Below the pieces are notes generated by a model. It searched no databases, was not told the DNA's origin, and saw only the letters and a list, made by a program, of their open reading frames with translations. A stretch of 64,000 bases of DNA from Candidatus Poribacteria bacterium (GTDB lineage: Bacteria > Poribacteria > WGA-4E > WGA-3G). Both the position numbers and the translations under genes were made by a program. Positions 42,435 through 53,538 of the stretch are shown here, piece after piece (position 1 is the stretch's first letter; the number at the start of each line of letters is the position of its first letter). The stretch spans positions 32,001-96,000 of the forward strand of contig CAXXUA010000003.1 of the NCBI GenBank assembly GCA_963663765.2, in the 5' to 3' direction.

Positions 42435-44966
42435 ATGTCAAACAACTTTCTGTCAAAATTGTTCCTTATCACCATCATCTTCCTCATCACCATCACACAC
42501 GCAACAGCACACCAAACTACCAACAACGACACAACCCACGCAACAGATTACTTCAACCACATCACCCTCTACGCCGATGGCAGAATCACACGTTTCACAC
42601 AGATGCCAATTCAGGTTTACATCTCACCATCCATAAAAGAGAGTGCCTACCTACCAGAACTCCGATACGCAATGCAAGAATGGGAAACAGCATCTGATAA
42701 TCTAATCAAATTCAAAGAAACCGATACACACGATAACGCAGACATTCATGTCAATGCAGGTGAAAATAGCATGGCAACCTACTTTGATATGCGACTCGGA
42801 AGCGCAGAATTGACGCGCCATAGGGATAGCACACAAGTTGTATTCTCACCCGAACCAACTGAAAACGAAGGAGATACACCAGCAGAATCTGATGGAGAGG
42901 AACAACCTTCAGACAACACAAATGCTATTGATTTTACCGTAGAGATTATTCTGATACCAGAAGGGGATGGTGCCGTTAGTGATGAATTGCAGAAAGAGAT
43001 GCGGACGGTGTCTCTACATGAATTTGGACACGCACTCGGTTTATGGGGGCATAGTCCTTTCAAAGACGATGTTAACTACACAAAAGCAACTGCACAACAA
43101 CCCTCCAAACGCGACGCAGACACGTTAATCAAACTCTATAACACACCTTTGAATACATCTCAGCATGATGTCGCTATAAATCTGCTAAAAATGGAAATTG
43201 AAGCGAAACCGAACCATCCGCTTTACCATTACCGCCTTGGAGCAGTCTACTATGACAAAGGCAACATGGAATTAGCATTGCAAAGTATACAGGAATGTCT
43301 CAGACTTGACCCCAAATTTAACACAGCATCACAGAAACTCTTACAAATCTATGATAACACCGGGCAGCAAACACTCGCAATTGACCTGCTGGAGAAAAAC
43401 CTTGACCAACCAGATAAAGAAAAAACCCAGCAAGAAACCTCTATAGCATATAACCATCTCGGTGTACTACACTATCAAAAAAACAACATAGATAAAGCAA
43501 TCCAAGCATTTGAAAAGGCTTTAGAACTCTCACCTCACAACAAAACCACAAAACGCAATCTGCATCAAATCTTTCTTGAAAGAACATTCAAATCCCTGAA
43601 AACAAAAGCCTATGAAACTGCTGAAACCTATGCCAAAAAAGCCATTGAACTTGAGCCGAAAGACACAACTGCCTATAAGTATTTAGGTTCCGGATATTCT
43701 CAATTAGGGAAGTATACAAAAGCGATTGAATACTACCAAAAAGCACTTAAGATTCAACCTACCGATCAGTTGACGCAGAAAAACCTCGCAAATAGTTATG
43801 TCGGATATGGCATAACATTGAAAGATCAGATGAAATGGGATGAAGCTATCTCCGCCTACAAGCAAGCACTCAAAATAGAACCGACCCTCCAAGTTGCAAC
43901 CACAAACTTGACTGATGCTTATTGGAAAAAGGCAAACGCACATCGTGCTTCGGGAAACATTGACCAAGCTATTGACGCTTACGACGAATTGAAAAAAATG
44001 CATCCCAATGAACCCGACCTATACAGCCTTCTCGGTGATTTATACCTCAAAAAAAGGAAATTTCAATCCTCTTTATCTGCATTCCAAATGGCTTCTACCC
44101 TAAAACCTGATGATCCACAGGCACAGCAAAACGTCATCGCAGTATATCTACAATACGCACAGCACCTAATAAATATAAAAGACTATAATACCGGAATTGA
44201 AAAACTTGTTAATGGTGTTGAGGAATTTCCAGACGATCTAAAGTTGCGACTGATCCTATCACAAGCATATCAGAATACAAACAAATTTGATAAAGCAAAA
44301 ACCGAATTGGAATATATACTGACGAAACAACCTGGACATCCACAAGCAGAAGCTGCCCTGTTTAACATGCAGGTGCGACGTGGAAACGAACTCATGCAAC
44401 AAAAGAAATACAGCGAATCTGTTGCAGCATTTGAAGGTATTCCAGAATCCAAAAAAACCACAGATATCCACAATATGATCGGCTATCTCTATATCATGAA
44501 GTCCGACCACTTGAAAGCGTTAGCAGCTTTTGAAACTACGCTTGCCAAAGAACCTCAAAACAATGTCGCCTATCAGAACTTGCAAGCACTTGAATCAAGA
44601 TTTGTTGTTCAACTTGAAAAATTGTCACCGCCAAAGAAAGAACTAACAGAAGGTGAAACAACGGCAAAAACTCAACCGAATGTAGCAAACAAACCTAAAA
44701 TTGATGCGGTTAAGACAAAGTTGCTTCATATACAATGTTCACTGTCAATCTGTCTACTCAATCGTGGAAACCCCAAAAACGCGTTAGCAAAATTCGAACA
44801 GGCATTGAAAAATAATCCTAATAAACCTGAACTACAGAAACTCCTGATTGATACAGGTAGAAAACTTGCTAACATATACCAGTCGCGGAATGACATCCAA
44901 AAACGCGATAAAGTCAAACAATTAATTCAACCGTTAGAAAGCAGCTTTGATGAATTAAAGAAATAA
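42435..44966 (+). CDS. secreted zinc metalloprotease (matrixin-like) with many TPR repeats
   Basis: Signal peptide from MSNN, HEFGHALGLWGH zincin motif, then numerous TPR units. Confidence 0.9.
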   Translation: MSNNFLSKLFLITIIFLITITHATAHQTTNNDTTHATDYFNHITLYADGRITRFTQMPIQVYISPSIKESAYLPELRYAMQEWETASDNLIKFKETDTHDNADIHVNAGENSMATYFDMRLGSAELTRHRDSTQVVFSPEPTENEGDTPAESDGEEQPSDNTNAIDFTVEIILIPEGDGAVSDELQKEMRTVSLHEFGHALGLWGHSPFKDDVNYTKATAQQPSKRDADTLIKLYNTPLNTSQHDVAINLLKMEIEAKPNHPLYHYRLGAVYYDKGNMELALQSIQECLRLDPKFNTASQKLLQIYDNTGQQTLAIDLLEKNLDQPDKEKTQQETSIAYNHLGVLHYQKNNIDKAIQAFEKALELSPHNKTTKRNLHQIFLERTFKSLKTKAYETAETYAKKAIELEPKDTTAYKYLGSGYSQLGKYTKAIEYYQKALKIQPTDQLTQKNLANSYVGYGITLKDQMKWDEAISAYKQALKIEPTLQVATTNLTDAYWKKANAHRASGNIDQAIDAYDELKKMHPNEPDLYSLLGDLYLKKRKFQSSLSAFQMASTLKPDDPQAQQNVIAVYLQYAQHLINIKDYNTGIEKLVNGVEEFPDDLKLRLILSQAYQNTNKFDKAKTELEYILTKQPGHPQAEAALFNMQVRRGNELMQQKKYSESVAAFEGIPESKKTTDIHNMIGYLYIMKSDHLKALAAFETTLAKEPQNNVAYQNLQALESRFVVQLEKLSPPKKELTEGETTAKTQPNVANKPKIDAVKTKLLHIQCSLSICLLNRGNPKNALAKFEQALKNNPNKPELQKLLIDTGRKLANIYQSRNDIQKRDKVKQLIQPLESSFDELKK

Positions 44967-45186
44967 TTGACGCTTATGATTTAGCGAATTACGTGATTCA
45001 GGCAATATAAATGTAAAAAACTTTACACTCCCAAACGATATTGGATATGTATTAGAAATGTATTGTTCCACCCCCCAGACAACTTGGAAATAAACATTCA
45101 TCATGCACTATAATATTAACATTACAACAAAAAGCAAGAACCACAATCAAATTCATAAAAAACTTGACACACACATTTTATATGTT

Positions 45187-45342
45187 ATACCATTTTCATG
45201 TGATAATGTCTCATTATCAGCGGAAATCTGGTAGGAGCGACCTCCCGGTCGCGACCGGGAGGTCGCTCCTACCGAAGAGAGTAACCCCCTGCCAGTAAAC
45301 AGTAGAATTCCTTAATGAGACAAGATTTATTTGAATTGGTAT
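45187..45342. mobile_element. IS630-like MITE with a REP doublet
   Basis: ATACCATTTTCA...TGAATTGGTAT; homolog of 15004..15159. Confidence 0.85.
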
Positions 45343-45739
45343 TACAATACATATTGCACTATAAACATATAACAAAATATAAATGCAAACTTATGAAACT
45401 GACACATCAAAATCACAAAAATACAACAAATTTCAAAATGTTACACTTTTCTGAAAAATATATTTTAAAATTCGGAAAATCACAAATAAAAAGCCTGTTA
45501 TCCCTTGCTACTACTGGGTTTACAGCAAACTTTTAAATGTTTCCAAAAAAACGAAAAAAGTGTCCATTTGAAAACATTTTAAGAAAATTCGCCTATTAAA
45601 ATACCAAAAAATAACACACTCTATTTTGAATGCTACTGAACCTTTATATCTGTAGTACAAATTGAATGAAGATGATAAAATATTTTGATATTCCATATTT
45701 AACGCTTGTCCATGCAATCCGACCTGAAACTGGTGTCTT

Positions 45740-45812
45740 ATCCGCGAAATCTGTGTAATCCGCGTAATCCGCGATTCTGAACCCAAATCCGCGAAATCTG
45801 TGTAATCCGCGA
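45740..45812. repeat. 9-bp-period short tandem repeats (AATCCGCGT/AATCTGTGT type)
   Basis: Similar blocks at about 5280-5318, 30835-30853, 31245-31262 and 42269-42300. Confidence 0.6.
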
Positions 45813-48800
45813 TGCCGAATAACGAAAACGAACAACCCGTGAATACCCTAAGAAAACTATATATCATCACAATTCTCATCTTCTCCCATGTCTCAATTCA
45901 ATCTGCCATCGCATTCCAACAGATGAAGTCATACACCGTAGCAGATGGACTATTAGATGCTGTCGTCCCCGTTATATTCCAGGATAGTCGTGGGATGCTC
46001 TGGTTCGGTTCTGAGCATGGCGGTGTGAGTCGTTTTGATGGGAAAACGATTGTTGCATTCGGTGCAACCTCACAGAACTTCTATGGCAGAACACAAAAGA
46101 TCGTTGAAGATAGATGGGGACATATCTGGTTTCTAAGCAAAAACCCATCTCAAGAAACAGGAGTCATCATCAGATATAACGGGGATACATTTGAGCATTA
46201 TGATAATGGCAACTGTCTTACTGTTGACACAGAAGGAAATATTTGGGTCGGGAGTCAAAACAGCATCACCCGATTTACTGCAACAAGTAGTCAAGATATA
46301 CCGAAAGGACTCCAACTTGACATCAGCAACACCTCTGATGCAAAGATAAACGCTATATTTCAAAGTCAAGATAGTACAATATGGGTCGGTGGAAATGACG
46401 CACAAGGAGTCTTTATCGTCTCTCTTCAAGGCAACATCATTGAGGGAAAAGCTGTAGACCTAAATCGGTTTGACAACATACCGACTCTTCCCAATGACCT
46501 TGCCGTTGATGCCATCACCCAGGATTCAGATGGACACCTCTGGTTTGCCGGAAAATCACTACTACTCCGTTTTGATGGTAACCAATTTGAACAGATTAGA
46601 GATACTCACGAAAACAAGAATGTCCAACAAGCACCTGATAAAATAGATAATGGTGCAGCATCCGTTAAAAGTGATAAACAAGGAAGGATATGGTATAGCG
46701 ACAATAAAAAACTACGTTGGAGCGACGGTAAAAAACTCACCAGGTTAAAAAATCTCAGTCTGGAAGCAAATCAAGACCCCTATCTACAAGGCACTTTTGG
46801 CACTGAAGACGCAATGGGGAGACTTTGGTTTGCAAGCAACATCGGCGTGCATCTATACGAAAACAACGATAATCCAAACGACGGTATAAACAATTCTCAA
46901 TTAGAATCTCTCCTTACGGGTTCAACACAAGTAACACACAGAATATTTCAAGTCAATCATGGACTTGGTAGTAATAACATTTTCACTATCTTTGAAGCGA
47001 TGGATGGAACACTCTGGTTTGGTCATGACAACGGAGTAACTGCATTGCAACCGCAACCAGCAATTGTGCAATACGGAACGCGTTCTATTTTAGGCAGCAG
47101 CAACGTTAAACTAATGTTTCCAGATAGCATTGGCACACTCTGGCTCAGCATTCCTGGTGGTATTGCCCGATATGTACCAAAAGACGATGAACTCTATAAA
47201 TACCCGTTAGCAGAAATCGATTTTGCAGACAATAGACATAGAAGTACTCAGAGAACAAATAGACCTACAGAAATAGTTAAGATATGTGAGATAGATGGAG
47301 ATATCTGGTTATTGGATAAACCAATTCAACACCAAGATGGATTTTCTTTATACAGAATATTCCGCTATAGAAATGGCTCGTTTGAGGAACTTTCTATTCA
47401 AATCGCCGCTAACATCGATCTTGATGGACAACCCATTTTCAGCAACCCAGGTCCGTTTCTATCTTCAGGTGCAGAACCGTGGATAGCATTAAACGGATGG
47501 CTTTTCCTTCCAAGAAAAAACGGATTGTACCAAATCTTACCAGATGGAAACACAAAAAGATTGGTTTTTGAAACAAGAACTTCTTTACCATCCGCATCAG
47601 ATACAATCTCATATATACATTCGGACAACCAAAACCGATTATGGTGCTATTTTGAAAAAGGTGAAGTGAAACGGTATACAAATATCCGCAATAACAACAC
47701 ACAACCTATTGGCAGAATTCACGATGAAATCCTACGGATAGGTTCAGTTATTCCCATTCCAAACATACCTACAGACAACTCTATAAAGTGGTTGTACAAT
47801 ACCGAAAGTAAGAAACTAATATATTGGAAAAACCTTGATATAACAAGACCAGCAATTGAACTACCAAATGCGTTTGTCGACCCGCCGTTATTGGCTGTGC
47901 AAACTGTTACTGTTTCCTCAGAACTTCAGCAGAAAAACAATGAAAATAATCCAACGACTTTTGTTTTCCAAGATGGTATTAAGACTTATGACGGTATTAC
48001 ATTACTAAATGAAGTTTCCACTGAAATCGGTAAGCTCAACAGTTCACTCGTTGCAACTGATGGAATACTCTGGTTAGCCACATCCAAAGGCTCAATCCAA
48101 TATAACGGAAAAGGGGTTACAACTTACACAAAAAATGATGGTTTCATTGTTGATGATTTGCGGGATGTAAAGGAAGATGACTGGGGTAATATCTGGTTCG
48201 CAACATTGGGTGGCGGTCTGATACGATACAATGGGGATACGTTTGAATCTATCACGACTAAAGACGGTCTTATTCATAACAACGTATCAAGTATTCATGT
48301 CTCAAATGAAGAAGACCTATGGTTTGGAACCGAAGGTGGAGCTACACAATATCGGGTCAGTCGTGGGGCACTTCCATTCTGTCGTATCATCTCTGTTCAT
48401 ACTGGAAAATCAAACACACAAACTATTAGGATGGAATCCCATAAAACCACTGATATTACTGAACTTCTCCCAGCAGGACTCAACCATTTGACTGTCCGTT
48501 TTCAAGGGATCAACCCACTCGGAGGAGACGTAACCTACAAATTTAGACTCATTGGCATAGACAACAACGAATGGACAACTGTTTCTCCTGACATCAAACA
48601 AGATATTTCTACATCATTTAAAGGTAGGGTTGTACAATATTATCAACCACCAAAACATGAAACATCAAAAGGGTTACCACAAATTCGTTTTGAAGGTTTG
48701 AAATCAGGAAATTACGCTTTTCTAATTACAGCATATCGCGAAGGTTGGCAATATGCACAACAACCCGCAATATTGAACTTCACTATCGACAAACCAATCT

Positions 48801-49684
48801 GGACAAAATGGCGTTCTTATCTCCCCTATACCATCTTATTCATAACAGTGGGTTCTTTGCTATTTAGACTCATCATCAACCGAAGACAAACAGCACGATT
48901 ACGACTTGAAATGCGCGAAAAAGAAGAAACCGAAATGAAACGTATCCGAGATGAACTGAGCGAAGCACAAAATATACAGATGGGACTATTACCGACTGAA
49001 GTACCACATTCACAAGTATTTGACTTCGCAGGAAAATCCATACCAGCAACACAAGTCGGGGGAGACTTCTACGATTACTTGACTGTCGCAAACGGACATA
49101 CGGCTATCGCTGTAGCAGACGCAGCGGGAAAAGGCATTAGGGGTGCAATGAGTGCTGTACTCACAAATGGAATGCTGTATGAAGTCGTACGCATCAAAAC
49201 GGAAGCACATCACATACTGCAGGAACTCAATGATGGAATAGCTCCACGTATACACGGACGCAATTTTATTGCACTAAACTTGGCAATACTCAACGAAACA
49301 GAAAAAACAGTTAACTACGCAAATGGCGGGCAACCTTATCCTATTCTCAAAAGAGGAACAAACATTACTGAAATTGATTGCAGCGATCTACCTCTTGGCA
49401 GTATGAAAAATGTTGAATATGATTCTGTAACTTTTGATTTAGAGGAAGGTGATTTTCTTATATTACATTCGGATGGTGTGATTGAAGCACTCAATTCTGA
49501 CCAAGAAATGTACGGTGTAGAACGGCTATTAGAACTAACTTCACGCATCCCTAACGAATGCAGTGCTGAAGAAGTGTTACAACGTATCGTAGATGATGTC
49601 CGAGTCTTTGTTCAGAACGCAGAACAATACGATGATTTAACACTTGTCGTTGTAAAATGTACGGAACCTATGCACCAACGGTAG
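45812..49684 (+). CDS. membrane sensor with beta-propeller and Y_Y_Y-like domains fused to a SpoIIE/PP2C phosphatase
   Basis: DSRG.LWFG repeats, one TM helix, VGGDFYD, DAAGKG, SDGV.EA and DDLT motifs; the true start may be GTG 45839. Confidence 0.92.
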   Translation: MPNNENEQPVNTLRKLYIITILIFSHVSIQSAIAFQQMKSYTVADGLLDAVVPVIFQDSRGMLWFGSEHGGVSRFDGKTIVAFGATSQNFYGRTQKIVEDRWGHIWFLSKNPSQETGVIIRYNGDTFEHYDNGNCLTVDTEGNIWVGSQNSITRFTATSSQDIPKGLQLDISNTSDAKINAIFQSQDSTIWVGGNDAQGVFIVSLQGNIIEGKAVDLNRFDNIPTLPNDLAVDAITQDSDGHLWFAGKSLLLRFDGNQFEQIRDTHENKNVQQAPDKIDNGAASVKSDKQGRIWYSDNKKLRWSDGKKLTRLKNLSLEANQDPYLQGTFGTEDAMGRLWFASNIGVHLYENNDNPNDGINNSQLESLLTGSTQVTHRIFQVNHGLGSNNIFTIFEAMDGTLWFGHDNGVTALQPQPAIVQYGTRSILGSSNVKLMFPDSIGTLWLSIPGGIARYVPKDDELYKYPLAEIDFADNRHRSTQRTNRPTEIVKICEIDGDIWLLDKPIQHQDGFSLYRIFRYRNGSFEELSIQIAANIDLDGQPIFSNPGPFLSSGAEPWIALNGWLFLPRKNGLYQILPDGNTKRLVFETRTSLPSASDTISYIHSDNQNRLWCYFEKGEVKRYTNIRNNNTQPIGRIHDEILRIGSVIPIPNIPTDNSIKWLYNTESKKLIYWKNLDITRPAIELPNAFVDPPLLAVQTVTVSSELQQKNNENNPTTFVFQDGIKTYDGITLLNEVSTEIGKLNSSLVATDGILWLATSKGSIQYNGKGVTTYTKNDGFIVDDLRDVKEDDWGNIWFATLGGGLIRYNGDTFESITTKDGLIHNNVSSIHVSNEEDLWFGTEGGATQYRVSRGALPFCRIISVHTGKSNTQTIRMESHKTTDITELLPAGLNHLTVRFQGINPLGGDVTYKFRLIGIDNNEWTTVSPDIKQDISTSFKGRVVQYYQPPKHETSKGLPQIRFEGLKSGNYAFLITAYREGWQYAQQPAILNFTIDKPIWTKWRSYLPYTILFITVGSLLFRLIINRRQTARLRLEMREKEETEMKRIRDELSEAQNIQMGLLPTEVPHSQVFDFAGKSIPATQVGGDFYDYLTVANGHTAIAVADAAGKGIRGAMSAVLTNGMLYEVVRIKTEAHHILQELNDGIAPRIHGRNFIALNLAILNETEKTVNYANGGQPYPILKRGTNITEIDCSDLPLGSMKNVEYDSVTFDLEEGDFLILHSDGVIEALNSDQEMYGVERLLELTSRIPNECSAEEVLQRIVDDVRVFVQNAEQYDDLTLVVVKCTEPMHQR

Positions 49685-49794
49685 GCGGGGAATGCCTACA
49701 GAAGCATGCGCGTGTGGCATGCTCCATGATTCATACCGTTGATTTCTTGATTTGGCGCTGGTATATCAAGTACAACAGTTCTCCCCCGCTGGTA

Positions 49795-51395
49795 TGCGTG
49801 CTTTGTAAGCGCGCCCCCCTACTGCCCCCCACGCAGGCGTGCTTTGTAAGCGCGCCGATTTTTTGGCAAGCGTTCTCCCAAACTGTAGGCGTGCTTTGTA
49901 AGCGTGCTCCGTTCTCCCAAAAACTGTAGGCGTGCTTTGTAAGCGCGCCGATTTTTTGGCAGGCGTGCTTTGCGAGCGTGCTCCCAAACTGCAGGCGTGC
50001 TTTGTAAGCGCGCTCCGTCTCCCAAAAACTGCAGGCGTGCTTTGTAAGCGTGCTCCGTTCTCCCAAACTGTAGGCGTGCTTTGTAAGCGTGCTCCGTTCT
50101 CCCAAAAACTGCAGGCGTGCTTGTAAGCGCGCCGATTTTTTTTTTGGCAAGCGTTCTCCCAAACTGCACAGGGTTATTCAGTTTTCAATATTTTTGATAA
50201 TATTTTACTATGTCGTTGATTTTATGTGTTGCCATCTTGTCCATGTCTTTAGTCCCGTAGGGACGATATGTTTATAGAAACATGTTATCTATCCCTCTTG
50301 AGTTCCGTAGGAACGACATAGAAGAATAAACATATCGTCCCTACCAAATCAACGCCAAATGCGCGTGTGGCATTTGGCGGGACTAAAGAGCTGGGGCGTG
50401 TATTCGTTTTCTATAAACATATCGTCCCTACCAAATCAACGCCAAATGCGCGTGTGGCATTTGGCGGGACTAAAGACCGATGTTCAGGTTTCAATAATCT
50501 AAAATTGATGTATAAGGTGCAGTTAGGAAACTGCATTTGGGTATTAACTTTCAGTAAATCAAAATAACAGAAAACTTTTAAAACTGAATAACCCTGCAAA
50601 CTGCAGGCGTGCTTTGTAAGCGCGCCGATTTTTTTGCAAGCGTTCTCCCAAACTGTAGGCGTGCTTTGTAAGCGCGCCGATTTTATGGTAGGCGTTCTCC
50701 CAAACTGTAGGCGTGCTTTGTAAGCGCGCCGATTTTATGGTAGGCGTTCTCCCAAACTGTAGGCGTGCTTTGTAAGCGCGCCGATTTTATGGTAGGCGCG
50801 CTTACAAAGCACGCCTGCAGGGGAATGGGGGGATGGCGCGCTTACAAAGCACGCCTGCAGGGGAATGGGGGGATGGCGCGCTTACAAAGCATGCCTGCAG
50901 GGGAGGGCGGGGATGGCGCGCTTACAAAGCACGCCTGCAGGGGAGGGCGGGGATGGCGCGCTTACAAAGCACGCCTGCAGGGGAGGGCGGGGATGGCGCG
51001 CTTACAAAGCACGCCTGCAGGGGAGGGCGGGGATGGCGCGCTTACAAAGCACGCCTGCAGGGGAGGGCGGGGATGGCGCGCTTACAAAGCACGCCTGCAA
51101 AAGGGATAAGAGGGGCGCGCTTGAAAAGCACGCCTGCAGTTATAGGGGCAGTTGAGGGGCGCGCTTGAAAAGCACGCCTGCAGTTATAGGGGCAGTTGGG
51201 GGGCGCGCTTACAAAGCACGCCTGCAGTTATAGGGGGCAGTTGGGGGGCGCGCGGACAAAGCACGCCTGCAGTGGGGGGCGGGGATGGCGCGCTTACAAA
51301 GCACGCCTGCAGTTGGGGGTGCAGGTGGGGGGCGCGCTTACAAAGCACGCCTGCAGGGGAGGGCAGGTGGGGGGCGCGCGGACAAAGCACGCATA
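49795..51395. repeat. large two-armed REP array (about 30 copies of GGCGTGCTTTGTAAGCGCG)
   Basis: Copies face one way to about 50783 and the opposite way from about 50795; 40-bp period at 50801-51081. Confidence 0.9.
50169..50596. mobile_element. CAGGG-TIR MITE inserted in the REP array
   Basis: TIR CAGGGTTATTCAGTTTT / AAAACTGAATAACCCTG; perfect 9-bp TSD CAAACTGCA. Confidence 0.92.
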
Positions 51396-51501
51396 CCAGG
51401 GTGAGTTAAATAGAAATACCGATTCTATTTATTAATCTTCATATAGCATTCACACCGTTGATTCGGTGAGATCCTGGTTCAGACAAGGAAGACATGACGA
51501 T

Positions 51502-52341
51502 TTACTCTAATTCCGAGCAAATTTCCCCAACCAATTGGGCATTTTCACCAATCTGGTCACCAAATTGCTGATACATCCCAAGCAACAGAACATCATTCGG
51601 TTTGGTGTTCTCTATAGCAAATTTCAACTCCTCTCGGATCTGTTGTTTGCTGCCAATAACCCTGCCCGCAGCAAGCACTTTGAATATGATACAAGGTTTA
51701 TCTGTACGTTGGATCGCCTTGCACATCTCAATGCGATCCTCACGCGCATAGATTTCACCCAAAGGAGCATAACCGAACTTCTCTCTAAACTTCTCACTAC
51801 CACCTCGTAGGTTATAGAGTGCTGTCATATAATAGTCTATATCCCAATTTTCATCTTCAGCAATATGCAATAGTTTCGGGTCATGCACCGATAAACCCAC
51901 AAGCGTACCAGTGTCGCGAATCCGCTTCAGGAGATCCTGCAAGAAATCAAGTCTGTTTTCACGTAGACAACGTTGCCCAACACCACCTCCGTGGGGTGCC
52001 ATCCCCAACGGGTTATGCTTTGCGTCTTCAAAAACATGGTCAGGTTCATCATACCATACATAGCCTTGACTCAGACAGAACCAATGAACCTTGCCACCTT
52101 GATCACGGTATAACTTCAGGTCAGAAAGTGAACGTTCAGTCGCAGTATTCTGCCAACCATTTATACCAACTTCCTCTGCTCTATTAATTGTTGCTACGAC
52201 CCTTTCAGGTGTATGATACTCTTTCTGATGTTGCGAAAGCAGTTGATTGAAGTGGGAATATCCGTATATCGGATTATCCCCTATCAACAACTTGCTGATC
52301 TGATGATTGCAAAATGATACTTTCGGCAGGTTAGTTTCCAC
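51502..52341 (-). CDS. hypothetical protein, aldo/keto-reductase-like fold possible
   Basis: ISKLLIG.NP...G.SH, GLSVH.P and FKVLAAGR motifs; GAGG RBS. Confidence 0.75.
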   Translation of the reverse strand: METNLPKVSFCNHQISKLLIGDNPIYGYSHFNQLLSQHQKEYHTPERVVATINRAEEVGINGWQNTATERSLSDLKLYRDQGGKVHWFCLSQGYVWYDEPDHVFEDAKHNPLGMAPHGGGVGQRCLRENRLDFLQDLLKRIRDTGTLVGLSVHDPKLLHIAEDENWDIDYYMTALYNLRGGSEKFREKFGYAPLGEIYAREDRIEMCKAIQRTDKPCIIFKVLAAGRVIGSKQQIREELKFAIENTKPNDVLLLGMYQQFGDQIGENAQLVGEICSELE

Positions 52342-52382
52342 TGTTTAATCCTCTACAAACAATAGCACGTTTCAAAACGTGT

Positions 52383-53456
52383 CTAATCGAACAGAAATCC
52401 ATCAAAAACGGATGAGTCAATTTCACGCACAAGATGTATCGTTAAATCCAACGCTGCCGTGTAGTCATCAGTGTTTATAATGGAGACATGGCTATGAATA
52501 TAACGGGAAGGTACACCGAGTACAACAGAAGGGACACCTCTACCAAACTGATGAATTGCTCCGCCATCAGTGCCGCCAGATTGACGCACACCGAGTTGAT
52601 AAGGTATCTCATGCTTCTTAGCAGTCTCAACCACAAAATCAGCCAACTTTGGATTGACTATCATTGAAGAATCAATGATCCGTATTTGTACACCGCCGCC
52701 GAGTTTCCCTTGTGAGTTTCCGACACTTAATCCTGGTGTATCATCGCCAGGGGGTCCCTCAAGCACAATCGCGAGATCAGGTTCCACACTTGCTGCCATT
52801 GTCCTTGCCCCTCGTAGTCCTATCTCCTCCTGTACACTTCCCGCACCGATAACAGTGTTCGGATGCTCTTCAAGTTGCAACAGTGCATCAATAACGATTG
52901 CAACACCTACGCGATTATCAAACGCTTTGGCAGTCAGTAACTTCTCATTTTTCAGCCGCATAAAGGGTCCATAAGGTGCAATAGGACATCCGGGTAGAAT
53001 TCCGTACTCTTCTGCTGCTTGTTCTTCACTTTCAGCACCAACGTCTATGAAAAGGTCTTTGATGTCTATTACCTTGTCGCGCGATCCTGAAAGCAGGTGC
53101 GGCGGTGTTGAACCGACTACCCCCGGCACTTTCCCATTCTTCGTTGTGATATTGACACGTTGTGCCAACAGTGTGTGCGCCCACCAACCACCAAGCGGCA
53201 AAAACTTAACGAAACCCTTATCTGTGACGTTTGTCACAACAAAACCGATTTCGTCTAAATGTGAATCCAACACAATGCGTGGGTGTTCAGCATCTCCAGC
53301 GCGCGTACAAAAAATACTCCCCAATTTGTCGGTCTCAATCGGACCAACATCGGCGACAGCTTCACGAAAAACGTCTCGCACTTCCGCCTCATAACCAGGG
53401 ATTCCATCCGCTTGTGTTAGGGTCTTTAGTAACTCTATTGAAGTTTCATTCATCAT
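52383..53456 (-). CDS. M42 family metalloaminopeptidase
   Basis: HLDEIG, KAFDNR, QEEIGLRGA, GGTDG and RYIHS motifs. Confidence 0.95.
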   Translation of the reverse strand: MMNETSIELLKTLTQADGIPGYEAEVRDVFREAVADVGPIETDKLGSIFCTRAGDAEHPRIVLDSHLDEIGFVVTNVTDKGFVKFLPLGGWWAHTLLAQRVNITTKNGKVPGVVGSTPPHLLSGSRDKVIDIKDLFIDVGAESEEQAAEEYGILPGCPIAPYGPFMRLKNEKLLTAKAFDNRVGVAIVIDALLQLEEHPNTVIGAGSVQEEIGLRGARTMAASVEPDLAIVLEGPPGDDTPGLSVGNSQGKLGGGVQIRIIDSSMIVNPKLADFVVETAKKHEIPYQLGVRQSGGTDGGAIHQFGRGVPSVVLGVPSRYIHSHVSIINTDDYTAALDLTIHLVREIDSSVFDGFLFD

Positions 53457-53538
53457 TAAATTCCTTTACCATTCGTGTTATAATTTTGCACGATTATACC
53501 ACGATTCAGATTTTCTGCCAACTTTTATGTGAACTGAA

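Noticed and set aside
49731-51435. REP array as CRISPR, and the many ORFs called here and at 39809-40695
   Set aside because: Spacers are short, mutually similar and orientation flips. The ORFs are translations of the repeat in several frames (ALTKHAC/RAYKARL/ARLQSTP) with no credible RBS.
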